A DNA stretch of 64,000 nt from Candidatus Magasanikbacteria bacterium CG_4_10_14_0_2_um_filter_33_14 (GCA_002793035.1 PFPL01000045.1:9669-73668), one strand, 5' to 3'; shown: positions 20,766 through 30,437, counted from the first letter of the stretch. The notes: a model not told the origin generated them from the letters alone. Translations and numbers: made by a program.

Positions 20766-20794
20766 ATTATACCATTTTTTTCACTATTTGTCAA
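20766..20794 (-). promoter_or_regulatory. Consensus sigma70 promoter driving the putative ncRNA
   Basis: TTGACA (20794-20789)-17 bp-TATAAT (20771-20766). Confidence 0.85.
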
Positions 20795-20851
20795 TAGTGC
20801 GGGGTTATTGGCTTAGTTTAGCGTAAAAATAGTATATATTAGCCAAAAAAA

Positions 20852-21254
20852 TGTATAAACTAGTCTATACAATGTTAAAAAGAATGATAACTTGTCCACA
20901 AAAGCGAAGAGTTTTCCACAGCTTTATCCACAATGTATAGGATAATCTATACAAAAACTAGTTTTCACTTGTGAAAAAACAGTGGATTTGTTGTGACTTG
21001 TTGTATTTTCAAATAGCTTGATCTATGTTTTTTGTGTGTAATACATCTTTTTATTGTTGTTCCCTAAGATTATGTACAATGTATAGGAAAGTCTATACAA
21101 ATATCAATATTCATTATGTTTGGGATTATTTTTTAAAAAATATTTGTATTCTCCAAAAAAGATAGATAAAATTTTTCATAAAATTTGACTGTTATACACA
21201 GTTTTTGAGTCTTTTCCCCAGTATTGTCCACATTTGTATAGGTTTTTGTAGACA
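20852..21254. promoter_or_regulatory. Array of DnaA boxes plus TGTATAG-N6-CTATACA palindromes
   Basis: ttatccaca 20924-20932 (perfect) and near-matches at 20892, 20912, 21192, 21212 and 21224; palindromes at 20852, 20934, 21080 and 21235. Confidence 0.65.
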
Positions 21255-21385
21255 AATTATATAAAAACATTAACTTATAAAAAAAAACACCAATAAATTG
21301 GTGGGTTTGTAATATTGAATAGTATGTTGTGCAGGTTCCCGCGTCTTCCCTCCTTGTTTTAAGAGTTGACGCGGGTTACCTTGTT

Positions 21386-21664
21386 TTATCCCAAGTAGAG
21401 ACCTCTCTTTTTGAGCTTCTCCAGAGTGGTCCAGCCCTGCTTGAAGGCTCTCTGGGTAAACACCTGCCCTAAGCGTTTCAGCTTGTCGGTATATGGGGTC
21501 CAAGTAGAGCAGCGAACCCTTTCCTCTTCGTTGACACCACGCATGATGTCGAAACTATTGAGGGGTGGGCGTAGAGGTTGAGCAGGATGGTCTCGCCATC
21601 TGCTTTGTTTTCGGGGAGGTGGCCGTGTTCGAAGTAGTCGAGGGCTTCCTCTCAGGTGAGCCAC
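21386..21664 (-). CDS. Hypothetical basic protein (GC-rich island)
   Basis: GGAG SD before GTG; overlaps the stop of the upstream ORF. Confidence 0.45.
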   Translation of the reverse strand: MAHLRGSPRLLRTRPPPRKQSRWRDHPAQPLRPPLNSFDIMRGVNEEERVRCSTWTPYTDKLKRLGQVFTQRAFKQGWTTLEKLKKRGLYLG

Positions 21665-21864
21665 TTTTTCTCCAGTCCGTGCAAGAACCAGCTGATCTGG
21701 TTTGTGCCGAGACGTTGGAAGCTCGGCATGATTTGCCGGAGATCTTCAAGAATTCTCTTGAGGATCTGGAAATCCTCACTAGAAATATTCTCGAGATCAG
21801 AGATCAGCTGCTCGCAGTCTCGCAAGGTGCAAGCCAGCTGTTGATATGTCCTGTCAATTGGCAA
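21652..21864 (-). CDS. Hypothetical small helical protein
   Basis: AGGAGG SD before TTG, directly after the stop of the Cys-rich ORF. Confidence 0.55.
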   Translation of the reverse strand: MPIDRTYQQLACTLRDCEQLISDLENISSEDFQILKRILEDLRQIMPSFQRLGTNQISWFLHGLEKKWLT

Positions 21865-21866
21865 TT

Positions 21867-22130
21867 TCAGTCCTCCTGGTTGCAGTTGCCTTTGCAGCAG
21901 CAGTTATCTCTTGGGTCGCACTTGTTGCATTTGGAACAGTGCCGGTAATGACAATGTTCACATTTGCAGGTGAAGCGTTCGTCGATGATAGCTCGACAGT
22001 AGAAGCAGGTTGTGAAGTACCATCTCTTTCCACAATTGGGACAAAGACGAGCAGGATAGCCGTCTTTTGTTTCGTCCGATGTGGAAATGTGTCCGCATTC
22101 GCAGACGTATTCGTTGGTCTGTCTGTTCAA
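21867..22130 (-). CDS. Cys-rich multi-zinc-binding microprotein (paralog A)
   Basis: AAGGAG SD plus TTG; many CxxC motifs; aligns colinearly with 22250-22519. Confidence 0.8.
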   Translation of the reverse strand: MNRQTNEYVCECGHISTSDETKDGYPARLCPNCGKRWYFTTCFYCRAIIDERFTCKCEHCHYRHCSKCNKCDPRDNCCCKGNCNQED

Positions 22131-22249
22131 ATTTGTTTCTCCTTTGTAAGTGGACTTATTTTAAGTATAGCTAGGGAAATTGTTAAATGTCAATTTTTTT
22201 TATAAACAATGAAGCCCTCTTGTATTTCACAAGTGGGCTTTATCATTGA

Positions 22250-22519
22250 TCAGCAGGACCCTTCGCAGGTGCATTCACCTGAAGGATCACAGCTTCCGCA
22301 AGTGGGGCAGTGGAGGTTTTTGCAGACATTACAGACCTTGTTGAGACGTTCGTCTAGATGAGTGTCACAGAGAAAACAGGTAGTATAGTACCAAATTTTC
22401 TCGCAACTAAGACAGCGCCTGGCAGGATTACCATGCTTGTAGTCAGCCGTGGTGTATCCTCCACAGTCGCAAATATTTTTTGGATCAATCTTTTTTGCAG
22501 GACCTTCTCTAACACGCAT
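22250..22519 (-). CDS. Cys-rich multi-zinc-binding microprotein (paralog B)
   Basis: AAGGAG SD plus ATG; own TTGACA/TATACT promoter and a downstream hairpin. Confidence 0.8.
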   Translation of the reverse strand: MRVREGPAKKIDPKNICDCGGYTTADYKHGNPARRCLSCEKIWYYTTCFLCDTHLDERLNKVCNVCKNLHCPTCGSCDPSGECTCEGSC

Positions 22520-22822
22520 TTTGTAGCTCCTTCTTGGGAAGTGTCAAAGAGATACTTTTAGTATAGTACTTTGACATGTTATGTCAATACTTTTGTATAG
22601 ATTGTTGTAGACAAAGTGCATGAAAACATTTAAACATAAAAGTATCAAAACAATATAAATAAAAATAACAATAAAAAATTTATTATAAATATAAGTAAAA
22701 TGTTTTTATAATTTTGTTTTCTTGTTCTGGTATTTCATTGTTTTTATGAAATGAAATTATCAACACCTGCCCAATAATAGTAAAAAATGCTATACTACTT
22801 TTGTAACAATTAATCTTTTTAT

Positions 22823-23755
22823 ATGAATAAAAATATTGAAATCTTGCAAAATTTTAATTTGAAAAACATGCCCAATTTGGATGTGGCTGTGTTGGGAGCT
22901 CTGGAACTTTTTATGTCTGCTAAGTTACCAAAGTACACTGTAAAATTCAAAAAACCTTTGGTAGTTGGTAGTGGTAATGCTGCTGTTACTGGTAAGGTTT
23001 TGTTCTCTGATAGAGAAGCCGTCTTTGCTGACGAGAGTACTTATCTTGAAAAATTAAATACCATAAAGGGAATAGACGGAGCTATTCTTTTTTCTGCTTC
23101 TGGTAGTAAACATGCTATTCCAATTGCTAGAGAGCTAAAGAAACGTGGTATCAAAACTTTTTTAATTACTAACAATGGCAATGCTCCTGCAAAAAGATTT
23201 GTTACATCTGAAAATTTTTTTGTATTTCCAAAAAATCGTGAACCTTATACATATAATACGTCTACTTATATGGGAATGATTTTTGGAAAGACTCATGAAG
23301 AGCCAGAGCATATTTATAATTTTCTTTTGAAGAAAACTAGTAAAGAATTAAAAAAGAATTTTTTGAAATACGATGCTTTTTATTTGTTGATTCCTGAAGA
23401 ATTTTCTGCTATGAGTGAGATGTTTATGACAAAGTTTGATGAAATGTTTCAACCGGTTGTATCTGGTAGAGTTTTTACTATAGAGCAAAGCAAACATGCT
23501 AAGAGCGTTGTCAAAAATGATAAAGAACTTTTTATAAGTTTTGGTTATGAAAATAAGACTTTTGGTTTGGCAAAAAATAGACTAAATATTACTTTACCAA
23601 AACATGTGGATTATGCTGGTTTTATGTCTGTAGTTTATTATGTGATAGGTAATATTCAAGCAAGTCATCCTCCATATTTCAAAAAAGGAATTGTCAGTTA
23701 TTGTAAGAATGCTTCAAAGATTTTTGGGTATGAGATTAAGCCTATCGTAGAATAA
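22823..23755 (+). CDS. SIS-domain sugar-phosphate isomerase-like protein
   Basis: VVGSGNA, FSASGSKH and FLITNN SIS-like motifs; upstream of zwf-gnd. Confidence 0.6.
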   Translation: MNKNIEILQNFNLKNMPNLDVAVLGALELFMSAKLPKYTVKFKKPLVVGSGNAAVTGKVLFSDREAVFADESTYLEKLNTIKGIDGAILFSASGSKHAIPIARELKKRGIKTFLITNNGNAPAKRFVTSENFFVFPKNREPYTYNTSTYMGMIFGKTHEEPEHIYNFLLKKTSKELKKNFLKYDAFYLLIPEEFSAMSEMFMTKFDEMFQPVVSGRVFTIEQSKHAKSVVKNDKELFISFGYENKTFGLAKNRLNITLPKHVDYAGFMSVVYYVIGNIQASHPPYFKKGIVSYCKNASKIFGYEIKPIVE

Positions 23756-23776
23756 AAACAAATACTTCAGAATAAT

Positions 23777-23873
23777 TTCCCCTCCTAGTAGGAGGGGCTA
23801 GGGGAGGTCCACAGAAAATCAAGACGTTTTATTTTACAAAAGACCCCCTCTACCTCCCCCTAATAGGGGGAGA
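23777..23873. repeat. Inverted pair of REP-like elements
   Basis: cccctcctagtaggaggggctaggggagg ... cccctctacctccccctaataggggg. Confidence 0.65.
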
Positions 23874-23895
23874 ATCATTTTTTAAATTATTTATT

Positions 23896-26274
23896 ATGAA
23901 AAAACAAAAACAATTTTTAATTCCCGAAGTCCCAACAATATTTACCATCTTTGGAGCTACGGGAGACTTGATGGAACACAAAATTATTCCATCATTATTT
24001 TTTCTTTACAAACAAAAAAGATTACCAAAACATTTGAAAATTTTGGGCTTTGCGCGTCGTGATCTTAGTCATAAAGATTTTCGCAAAAAAGTATTGTCAG
24101 TTTTGCAAGAAATGAATTTTGTAAAAAATGAAAAACAGGCAGAAAAATTTTTGGAATTTTTTGAATACGTAAGAGGTGATTTTGCTGATGCTAAAAGTTT
24201 TGAAAGTTTGGGAGAAAAAGTAAAAGAAATAGAAGACGTTTGGAAAATTTGTGCTAACAAACTTTATTATTTAGCTGTGCCACCAAACTTCATGTCTGAA
24301 ATTGTGAGTAATTTGAAACGTACCAAACTTAGTGATCCTTGTGGTGGAAATATGGGATGGTCTCGTGTGATTGTGGAAAAACCAATTGGTTATGATAGAA
24401 ATAGTGCACAGGAATTGGAAAAGACATTGTCTATTTTGAAAGATGAACAAGTCTATCGCATTGATCATTATTTTGGTAAAGAAATGGTACAAGGAATTTT
24501 CAATTTTCGTTTTTCCAACAATTTTCTTGAGTCAGATTGGAACAATAAACATATTGAAAAAATTGAAATTAAGTTACTTGAAAGTATTGGCGTAGAAACT
24601 CGTGGAAATTTTTATGATAAAGTTGGTGCTTTGCGTGATGTGGGACAAAATCATTTACTTTCTGTTTTGGCTTTACTTGCCATGGACGATCCTCGTGATG
24701 CAAGTGCTGAAAGTGTGCGTGAGATGCGTGAAAAACTTTTGTCACAAATTACTATCATGAATAGTGAGGAAGTAAAAAAAAATACTTTTCGTGCTCAGTA
24801 CGAAGGTTATGACAATATTGCAGGAGTGGAAAAAAATTCTGAAACAGAAACTTATTTCAAATTGAAATTAAATATTGAATCTTTACGTTGGAGTGATGTA
24901 CCTATATATATTGAAAGTGGTAAGAAGGTTGGTCCTGCCAAAAAAGAAGTAGTAGTCACTTTCAAAGACCGTGAACCTTGTATTTGGTGTCAGCCGACTG
25001 GTCCTGCCAAAAATAAAGTAGTATTTTCTTTTGCACCTAAACAAGAAATAAATATAGATTTTTGGCAACGTAAACCAGGGTTTGAAGATGTACTAGAAAA
25101 ACGGGATTTCAAATTTTTGCTTTATAAAAAACAATCAAAATTTCCTTATGTGGAGGAGTATGCCAAACTTTTTTATGATGCCATACAGGGTCAACAGCGC
25201 TGGTTCATGACACGTGAAGAAGTTTTGCACGAATGGCGTATTGTTGATCCAATACTCAAAGCTTGGGAAAAAAGAAGTGTACCTCTTCATACGTATAAAG
25301 TGGATAATAGAGAAATTGTAGATATTGCTGACGACTTTTTCTTAACTAATGAAAAGAATTTCAAAAAAGAAATTGCTATTATGGGTCTTGGTCGTATGGG
25401 CGGAGGGTTGGCACAAAATTTGTTGGAAAAAGGCTGGAAAGTGGTTGGTCATAATAGAACTTGGGAAGTAACAGAAAAGTTGGAAAGTGTGGGTTTGACT
25501 GGCGCAAAAGAGGTAAAAGAAATGGTGGAAAAATTGATAGCGCCGAGAATAGTGTGGCTTATGTTACCAAACGGTAAACCTGTTGACGAGGCAATTTTTG
25601 ATAAAAAAGACGGGTTAATAAATTATTTAGAAAAAGGTGATATCATAATTGATGGAGGAAATTCTTATTTCAAGGACAGTGTTGAACGTGCTAAAAAATT
25701 GCAAAAATATGGTATTCACTTTCTCGATGCTGGTGTTTCGGGTGGTCCTGGTGGAGCTCGCAAAGGTGCTTGTGTGATGATTGGTGGTGACAAAAAAGTT
25801 TTCGCTAGTATTGAAACTCTTTTCAAAGATATGTCTGTTACCAATGGTTACGAATTTTTCCCTGGTTCTGGTGCTGGACACTTTGTCAAAATGGTTCACA
25901 ATGGAATTGAATATGGTATGATGCAAGCTCTTGGTGAAGGTTTCAATGTCATGAAAAAGTCTAATTACAAACTTGATTTGAAAAAAATCACTAGTGTGTA
26001 TAATAATGGTAGTGTGATTGAGTCCAGACTTGTTGGTTGGCTTTATGATGCTTTTGAAATTTATGGCATTGATCTCAAGAAGATAAGTGGTAAAGTAGAT
26101 AGTAATGGTGAAGGTGCTTGGACAGTAGATACTGCCAAAGCAATGAAATTGAAAGCAAAAGTAATAGAAGAATCTCTAAATTTTCGTAAACAATCACAAA
26201 AAAATCCAGATTATACTGGGCAAGTTGTTTCTGCTTTGCGGGGGCAGTTTGGGCAACACAAAGTAGAAAAGTGA
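23896..26274 (+). CDS. zwf: Fused glucose-6-phosphate dehydrogenase / short-chain 6-phosphogluconate dehydrogenase (zwf-gnd)
   Basis: GATGDL, YYLAVPP, RIDHYFGKE and RDVGQNH (G6PD), continuing in frame into GLGRMG, DGGNS, DAGVSGG and KMVHNGIEYG (6PGD). Confidence 0.93.
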   Translation: MKKQKQFLIPEVPTIFTIFGATGDLMEHKIIPSLFFLYKQKRLPKHLKILGFARRDLSHKDFRKKVLSVLQEMNFVKNEKQAEKFLEFFEYVRGDFADAKSFESLGEKVKEIEDVWKICANKLYYLAVPPNFMSEIVSNLKRTKLSDPCGGNMGWSRVIVEKPIGYDRNSAQELEKTLSILKDEQVYRIDHYFGKEMVQGIFNFRFSNNFLESDWNNKHIEKIEIKLLESIGVETRGNFYDKVGALRDVGQNHLLSVLALLAMDDPRDASAESVREMREKLLSQITIMNSEEVKKNTFRAQYEGYDNIAGVEKNSETETYFKLKLNIESLRWSDVPIYIESGKKVGPAKKEVVVTFKDREPCIWCQPTGPAKNKVVFSFAPKQEINIDFWQRKPGFEDVLEKRDFKFLLYKKQSKFPYVEEYAKLFYDAIQGQQRWFMTREEVLHEWRIVDPILKAWEKRSVPLHTYKVDNREIVDIADDFFLTNEKNFKKEIAIMGLGRMGGGLAQNLLEKGWKVVGHNRTWEVTEKLESVGLTGAKEVKEMVEKLIAPRIVWLMLPNGKPVDEAIFDKKDGLINYLEKGDIIIDGGNSYFKDSVERAKKLQKYGIHFLDAGVSGGPGGARKGACVMIGGDKKVFASIETLFKDMSVTNGYEFFPGSGAGHFVKMVHNGIEYGMMQALGEGFNVMKKSNYKLDLKKITSVYNNGSVIESRLVGWLYDAFEIYGIDLKKISGKVDSNGEGAWTVDTAKAMKLKAKVIEESLNFRKQSQKNPDYTGQVVSALRGQFGQHKVEK

Positions 26275-26776
26275 GGTTAATCTGAAAATAACAATCCTGA
26301 TATCCGGATAATCCAGATTTACGGATATTTTTCTCCTATTAAGAGGGGGTAAGGGAAATCTTTAGTAAAGTAAAACATCAAGTTCAAATTTACTAGATAC
26401 TGAGTAAATAAAGATTCAACTATCCGGAAATTCCGGATAACTGAAAATGGCAATAACAAAAAACAATCTCTCAAGATTGTTTTTTGTTATTTATTAAGGA
26501 ATTTCTTTTTTTACATCGGGATCATTTTTCATATACTTCCATAATTCTTCAAAAAGCAGGGAATGTGTAACAATGAAATTCGTTATCCAGCGTTGTAACG
26601 AAATTCGTTCTTTCAGACTCATTTCGTCATTCCTTTTATATTTTAAAAGCTCTTGTTTTTCTCTTTTAACATTGACTAAAAGGTGTTTTTGTAATAGAAT
26701 TGGTTTGATTATGATTTGAAAAAAGTTATTTTCGTTTTCATTATTTTGTTAGAAAAAATTATTTATATTTAAGAAA

Positions 26777-26796
26777 CCTGCCTGCCGGCAGGCAGG
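26777..26796. repeat. Perfect 20-bp GC palindrome cctgcctgccggcaggcagg
   Basis: Direct reading; a truncated copy lies at 55493-55504. Confidence 0.75.
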
Positions 26797-26835
26797 GATC
26801 CCTCTGCTTAAGGCTGTTCAGGATGACATAACCCT

Positions 26836-27927
26836 ATGCTATCACTCGCCATCGTCGGACTACCAAACGTCGGGAAATCTACACTTTTTAACGCACTTAC
26901 CAAAAGTAAACAAGCTGATGCTGCCAACTATCCTTTTTGTACTATTGAACCTAATGTGGGAGTGGTAGAGGTGCCTGATGAACGTCTGCAACCTTTGGCT
27001 GAGACTTCCAAAGCTCTGAAGATTGTACCAACCGCGATTGAATTTGTGGATGTGGCTGGTTTGGTGAAAGGTGCTTCAGAAGGTGAAGGACTTGGAAACA
27101 AATTTTTGTCTCATATCAGAGAATGTGATGCTATTATTCAAGTTGTGCGTGCTTTTGAGGATGGAAATATTACGCATGTGCATGGTAAAGTAGATCCAAA
27201 AGATGACAGTGAGGTAATCAATCTTGAACTTATTATGGCTGACTGGCAGACTGTAAGTAAAAGATTGGATAGAGTTCGAAAAGATGCCAAAGGTGTAAGA
27301 GCAAAAGAATTATCCAAAGAGTTGGAACTACTTGAAAAACTTGATGCGCATCTTCAATCTGGGAAACCTGCTAGAACTTTGGAAGATGATGGTTCGTTCG
27401 TTGTTGGTGAAGATGAACAATTGATTTTGCGTGATTTGCATCTTATTTCTATGAAGCCACTTATGTATGTGGTGAACATAGAGGAACGAGGAACGGGGAA
27501 TGAGGAACGAAACTATGATCTTGACGCACCATATATTGAAGTTTGTGCGAAGTTGGAAGCTGAACTTTCAGAGCTTAGCGATGAAGATTCTAAAGATTTT
27601 ATGGCAGATTTGGGAATGACACAAAGTGGTCTAGACAAATTGATTGTGGCTGGTTACAAACTTCTCAATCTCGTAACTTATTTTACTTCTGGTGTGCAAG
27701 AAACTAGGGCTTGGACTGTGACCAAAGGTGCCAAAGGTCCTGAAGCGGCTGGTGTAATTCATACAGATTTTATCAAGGGTTTTATCAAAGCTGATGTGGT
27801 AAACTGGAAAGATTTTGTAGAGCATGGTGGTTGGAATGGAATAAAGGGTACTGGTAAAATGCGTCTCGAAGGAAAAGAATATATTGTCGAAGATGGAGAT
27901 GTTGTTTATTTTCATGTGGCGACATAA
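26836..27927 (+). CDS. ychF: Redox-regulated ATPase YchF
   Basis: [29 protein letters not shown] and a TGS domain. Confidence 0.98.
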   Translation: MLSLAIVGLPNVGKSTLFNALTKSKQADAANYPFCTIEPNVGVVEVPDERLQPLAETSKALKIVPTAIEFVDVAGLVKGASEGEGLGNKFLSHIRECDAIIQVVRAFEDGNITHVHGKVDPKDDSEVINLELIMADWQTVSKRLDRVRKDAKGVRAKELSKELELLEKLDAHLQSGKPARTLEDDGSFVVGEDEQLILRDLHLISMKPLMYVVNIEERGTGNEERNYDLDAPYIEVCAKLEAELSELSDEDSKDFMADLGMTQSGLDKLIVAGYKLLNLVTYFTSGVQETRAWTVTKGAKGPEAAGVIHTDFIKGFIKADVVNWKDFVEHGGWNGIKGTGKMRLEGKEYIVEDGDVVYFHVAT

Positions 27928-28076
27928 AGTGGATTGTGGAACGGGGAATGACATACAGATTACAAATTATACAGATTTACAAAAAAGGATTTACTTACGA
28001 CCAGAGGGAGTAAGTTTGTATCGGATTAACTCACTCTTTTTAGTCGTGAGTATATTCCACATTATTAAATTTTTTT

Positions 28077-28472
28077 ATGCGAATTGGAGTAATTATCTTA
28101 CAAGATAAAAAAATATTATTAATGCATAGATTCAAAAAAGGTAGAGAATTTTTTTCTTTACCAGGTGGTGGAGTAGAGGAAAATGAAAGTGTAGAAGAAA
28201 CGGCAACTCGAGAAGCAAAGGAAGAAACAAGTTTAGATATTATTTTGGGAGAAAAGTTTTTTGAATATTATAATGATTTTGATAAGAGAAAAAACATCGT
28301 TTTCTTAACCAAAGAATTTTTAGGTGAAGTAAAGCTTGGTGGGCCTGAAGTAGATAGAATTTCAAAAGAAAATAAATATATGTTGGAGTGGCATGATTTG
28401 AGTGAATTAAAAAAATTGAATATTGTTCCAGAAATATTGAAAGATAAATTAGTCGAAAAATATGGAGTTTAA
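28077..28472 (+). CDS. NUDIX hydrolase
   Basis: GGGVEENE......REAKEETSL Nudix box. Confidence 0.92.
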   Translation: MRIGVIILQDKKILLMHRFKKGREFFSLPGGGVEENESVEETATREAKEETSLDIILGEKFFEYYNDFDKRKNIVFLTKEFLGEVKLGGPEVDRISKENKYMLEWHDLSELKKLNIVPEILKDKLVEKYGV

Positions 28473-28854
28473 AAAGCTTTTGGAAGAACTAAAGAAATTA
28501 AATTTGCCTGTTGAACAATATGCAATATTTGGTAGTGGTCCAATGGCTATAAGAAGTATAAGAGAATCTAGTGATTTGGATATTGTTGTTTTAGATGAAC
28601 TTTGGCAAAAATTTGTTAGTAAATATTCAACAAAGGAAGGAAACGAAAGTATTATCCAAGTTGGCAACATTGAAATTTGCAAAGACATTTTGCCTTGGCT
28701 TGATGACACGGAAGAGATGATAAAGAGATCCGATATTATTGAGGGGTTACCTTTTTTAACTCTAGAAGATACAATTAATTTTAAAACAAAATTGGGAAGG
28801 GAGAAAGATAAAAAGGATATAGAACTTATAAAAGAGTATTTAGAAAAAAACTAG
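28462..28854 (+). CDS. Minimal nucleotidyltransferase-fold protein
   Basis: IFGSG, DLDIV and K..LGREKD..DI motifs. Confidence 0.7.
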   Translation: MEFKKLLEELKKLNLPVEQYAIFGSGPMAIRSIRESSDLDIVVLDELWQKFVSKYSTKEGNESIIQVGNIEICKDILPWLDDTEEMIKRSDIIEGLPFLTLEDTINFKTKLGREKDKKDIELIKEYLEKN

Positions 28855-28862
28855 CTTGTAAG

Positions 28863-29990
28863 CTAGTTATTTTTTATAAATTTCCAAATCTCTCTCCCAA
28901 CAAACTGAGCAGGTCGGTGATAAAGTAGTGATCTTTCACCATTGGCAAAATTTTCAATTTCAAAACCTAGATTTTTTATTTCATCGAGGCATCTTATATA
29001 TAGCCAGACATTTCCAAACTTGAATTTTGGAATGATGAAAATAACAGTCCCTTCATTTTTCAAAATTTTATAAAAAGTCTTGAAAGTGTTTATATACAAT
29101 TTTGCTAGTTCATCTGTTTGGTTATCAAGCACAATTTTTGGTTCACGTCCGTGGAGAGGTTTGCCCATGTATGGTTCAGCCACGATAGCATCTATACTTT
29201 GTGGTTTTAGTTTGCCAGATAGTTCTGTACTAGGACTTAAAAAAATATTTGTTTTAATCTTCTTTAAATTATCTTTTTCTATCAACCAAGCTACATTTTT
29301 TTCACTATCTGCTACGGCTTTTTCACTGATATCACTACCAATAATATTTTTGAAACCAAGAGAAAGAGCTTCGTTCAAAACAGTACCTGAACCGCAAAAA
29401 GGATCTAATATTACAGCTTCGGTATCTACTTCGGCTAGATTGATCATAGTTCTCGCTAGTTTTGGTGGGAGCATTCCAGAGACATTGTCGGCCACAGGTC
29501 TATCGTAGTCGCGAGCACTAAAGCCTTCGATATCTTGGATATAGATAGTTTTATAAACATTATTTTGAAAAACGGTAAAATGGCTTTTACTTTCTATTAG
29601 TTTATTGTGCAAAATAGTTGCGGTATTTTTGGTCTCGACATAGCGGACAGATTTGCCAAGAGCTTTTAATTCTTTTTTGATAGAGATAGCTAGTTTGCTG
29701 TTGGTAGGAGAAATAGAAAAATTGATTTTGCCAGTTTCTTGTTTTGATAAATAATCGACGATTATGTTTTGAGGATAACCATCACTCTCTACATGGACTC
29801 CGACTTGGATAATAGCCCCAAACTTTTTGGACAATTCTTCGATTTCTTCTTCTGTGGCAATTACGTCTAGAATAAAAAAATCATTTTTGTTTTCGATTTC
29901 TTTGTATTCTATTTGGGCGTGCTTTAAAACCGCCAAGACTTCGGCGGTTGAGATATGAGGTTGATGTCCTAGTTCGAATAAATATTTCAT
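28863..29990 (-). CDS. Trm11-like SAM-dependent RNA methyltransferase
   Basis: RDYDRP, GMLPPKLAR.MINL, LDPFCGSGT and EPYMG motifs; ATG at 29990 preferred. Confidence 0.85.
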   Translation of the reverse strand: MKYLFELGHQPHISTAEVLAVLKHAQIEYKEIENKNDFFILDVIATEEEIEELSKKFGAIIQVGVHVESDGYPQNIIVDYLSKQETGKINFSISPTNSKLAISIKKELKALGKSVRYVETKNTATILHNKLIESKSHFTVFQNNVYKTIYIQDIEGFSARDYDRPVADNVSGMLPPKLARTMINLAEVDTEAVILDPFCGSGTVLNEALSLGFKNIIGSDISEKAVADSEKNVAWLIEKDNLKKIKTNIFLSPSTELSGKLKPQSIDAIVAEPYMGKPLHGREPKIVLDNQTDELAKLYINTFKTFYKILKNEGTVIFIIPKFKFGNVWLYIRCLDEIKNLGFEIENFANGERSLLYHRPAQFVGREIWKFIKNN

Positions 29991-30053
29991 AGATGATTTT
30001 GATACTATTCTTAGTGTATGGTCTAGACTACAGGTATTTGGGGTATATGTCAA

Positions 30054-30428
30054 TTAGTTACTATCTGTAGTTGTTGCGAATTGTGTAGTAGAAGTAGGTA
30101 GTATAAGTGTTTTGTTGAATAAATCACGGGATATTTGAAGTTCTTTAGTATCTTGATTTTTATTGTCCCATGCAGCAACGGCATCTTCATAATTTTTGAA
30201 GTTTATTGCTTCAAAATTTTTGATATTATTTACGATAGCTAGGGTATCCAGTTGTCCTAATGTTTTGTAAACATTGTTATAAACGAAATAAGCCGTAGTG
30301 ACAAAAGTACCTAGAAGTATAAATAAGGAAAATAGATTAACTATTTTTATTTTTTTGAAGCGATTATATTCTCTTGATTGAGGTAGTTCAGGCTTTGTAT
30401 TTGATTTTATTTTTTTGAAAAAGTTCAT
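30054..30428 (-). CDS. Single-TM hypothetical protein, last gene of the pil cluster
   Basis: One TM helix; follows pilO. Confidence 0.7.
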   Translation of the reverse strand: MNFFKKIKSNTKPELPQSREYNRFKKIKIVNLFSLFILLGTFVTTAYFVYNNVYKTLGQLDTLAIVNNIKNFEAINFKNYEDAVAAWDNKNQDTKELQISRDLFNKTLILPTSTTQFATTTDSN

Positions 30429-30437
30429 AAGAAGATT

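Noticed and set aside
20852-21254. CRISPR array
   Set aside because: Repeats are short, degenerate and ~80-150 bp apart; no cas genes in the window.
21565-22561. Plus-strand ORFs across the Cys-rich island
   Set aside because: Antisense shadows; the SD motifs, promoters and paralogy all support the minus strand.
26494-26750. Start-less minus-strand open frame of about 85 codons
   Set aside because: No suitable upstream start codon or recognisable motif; at most a gene remnant.
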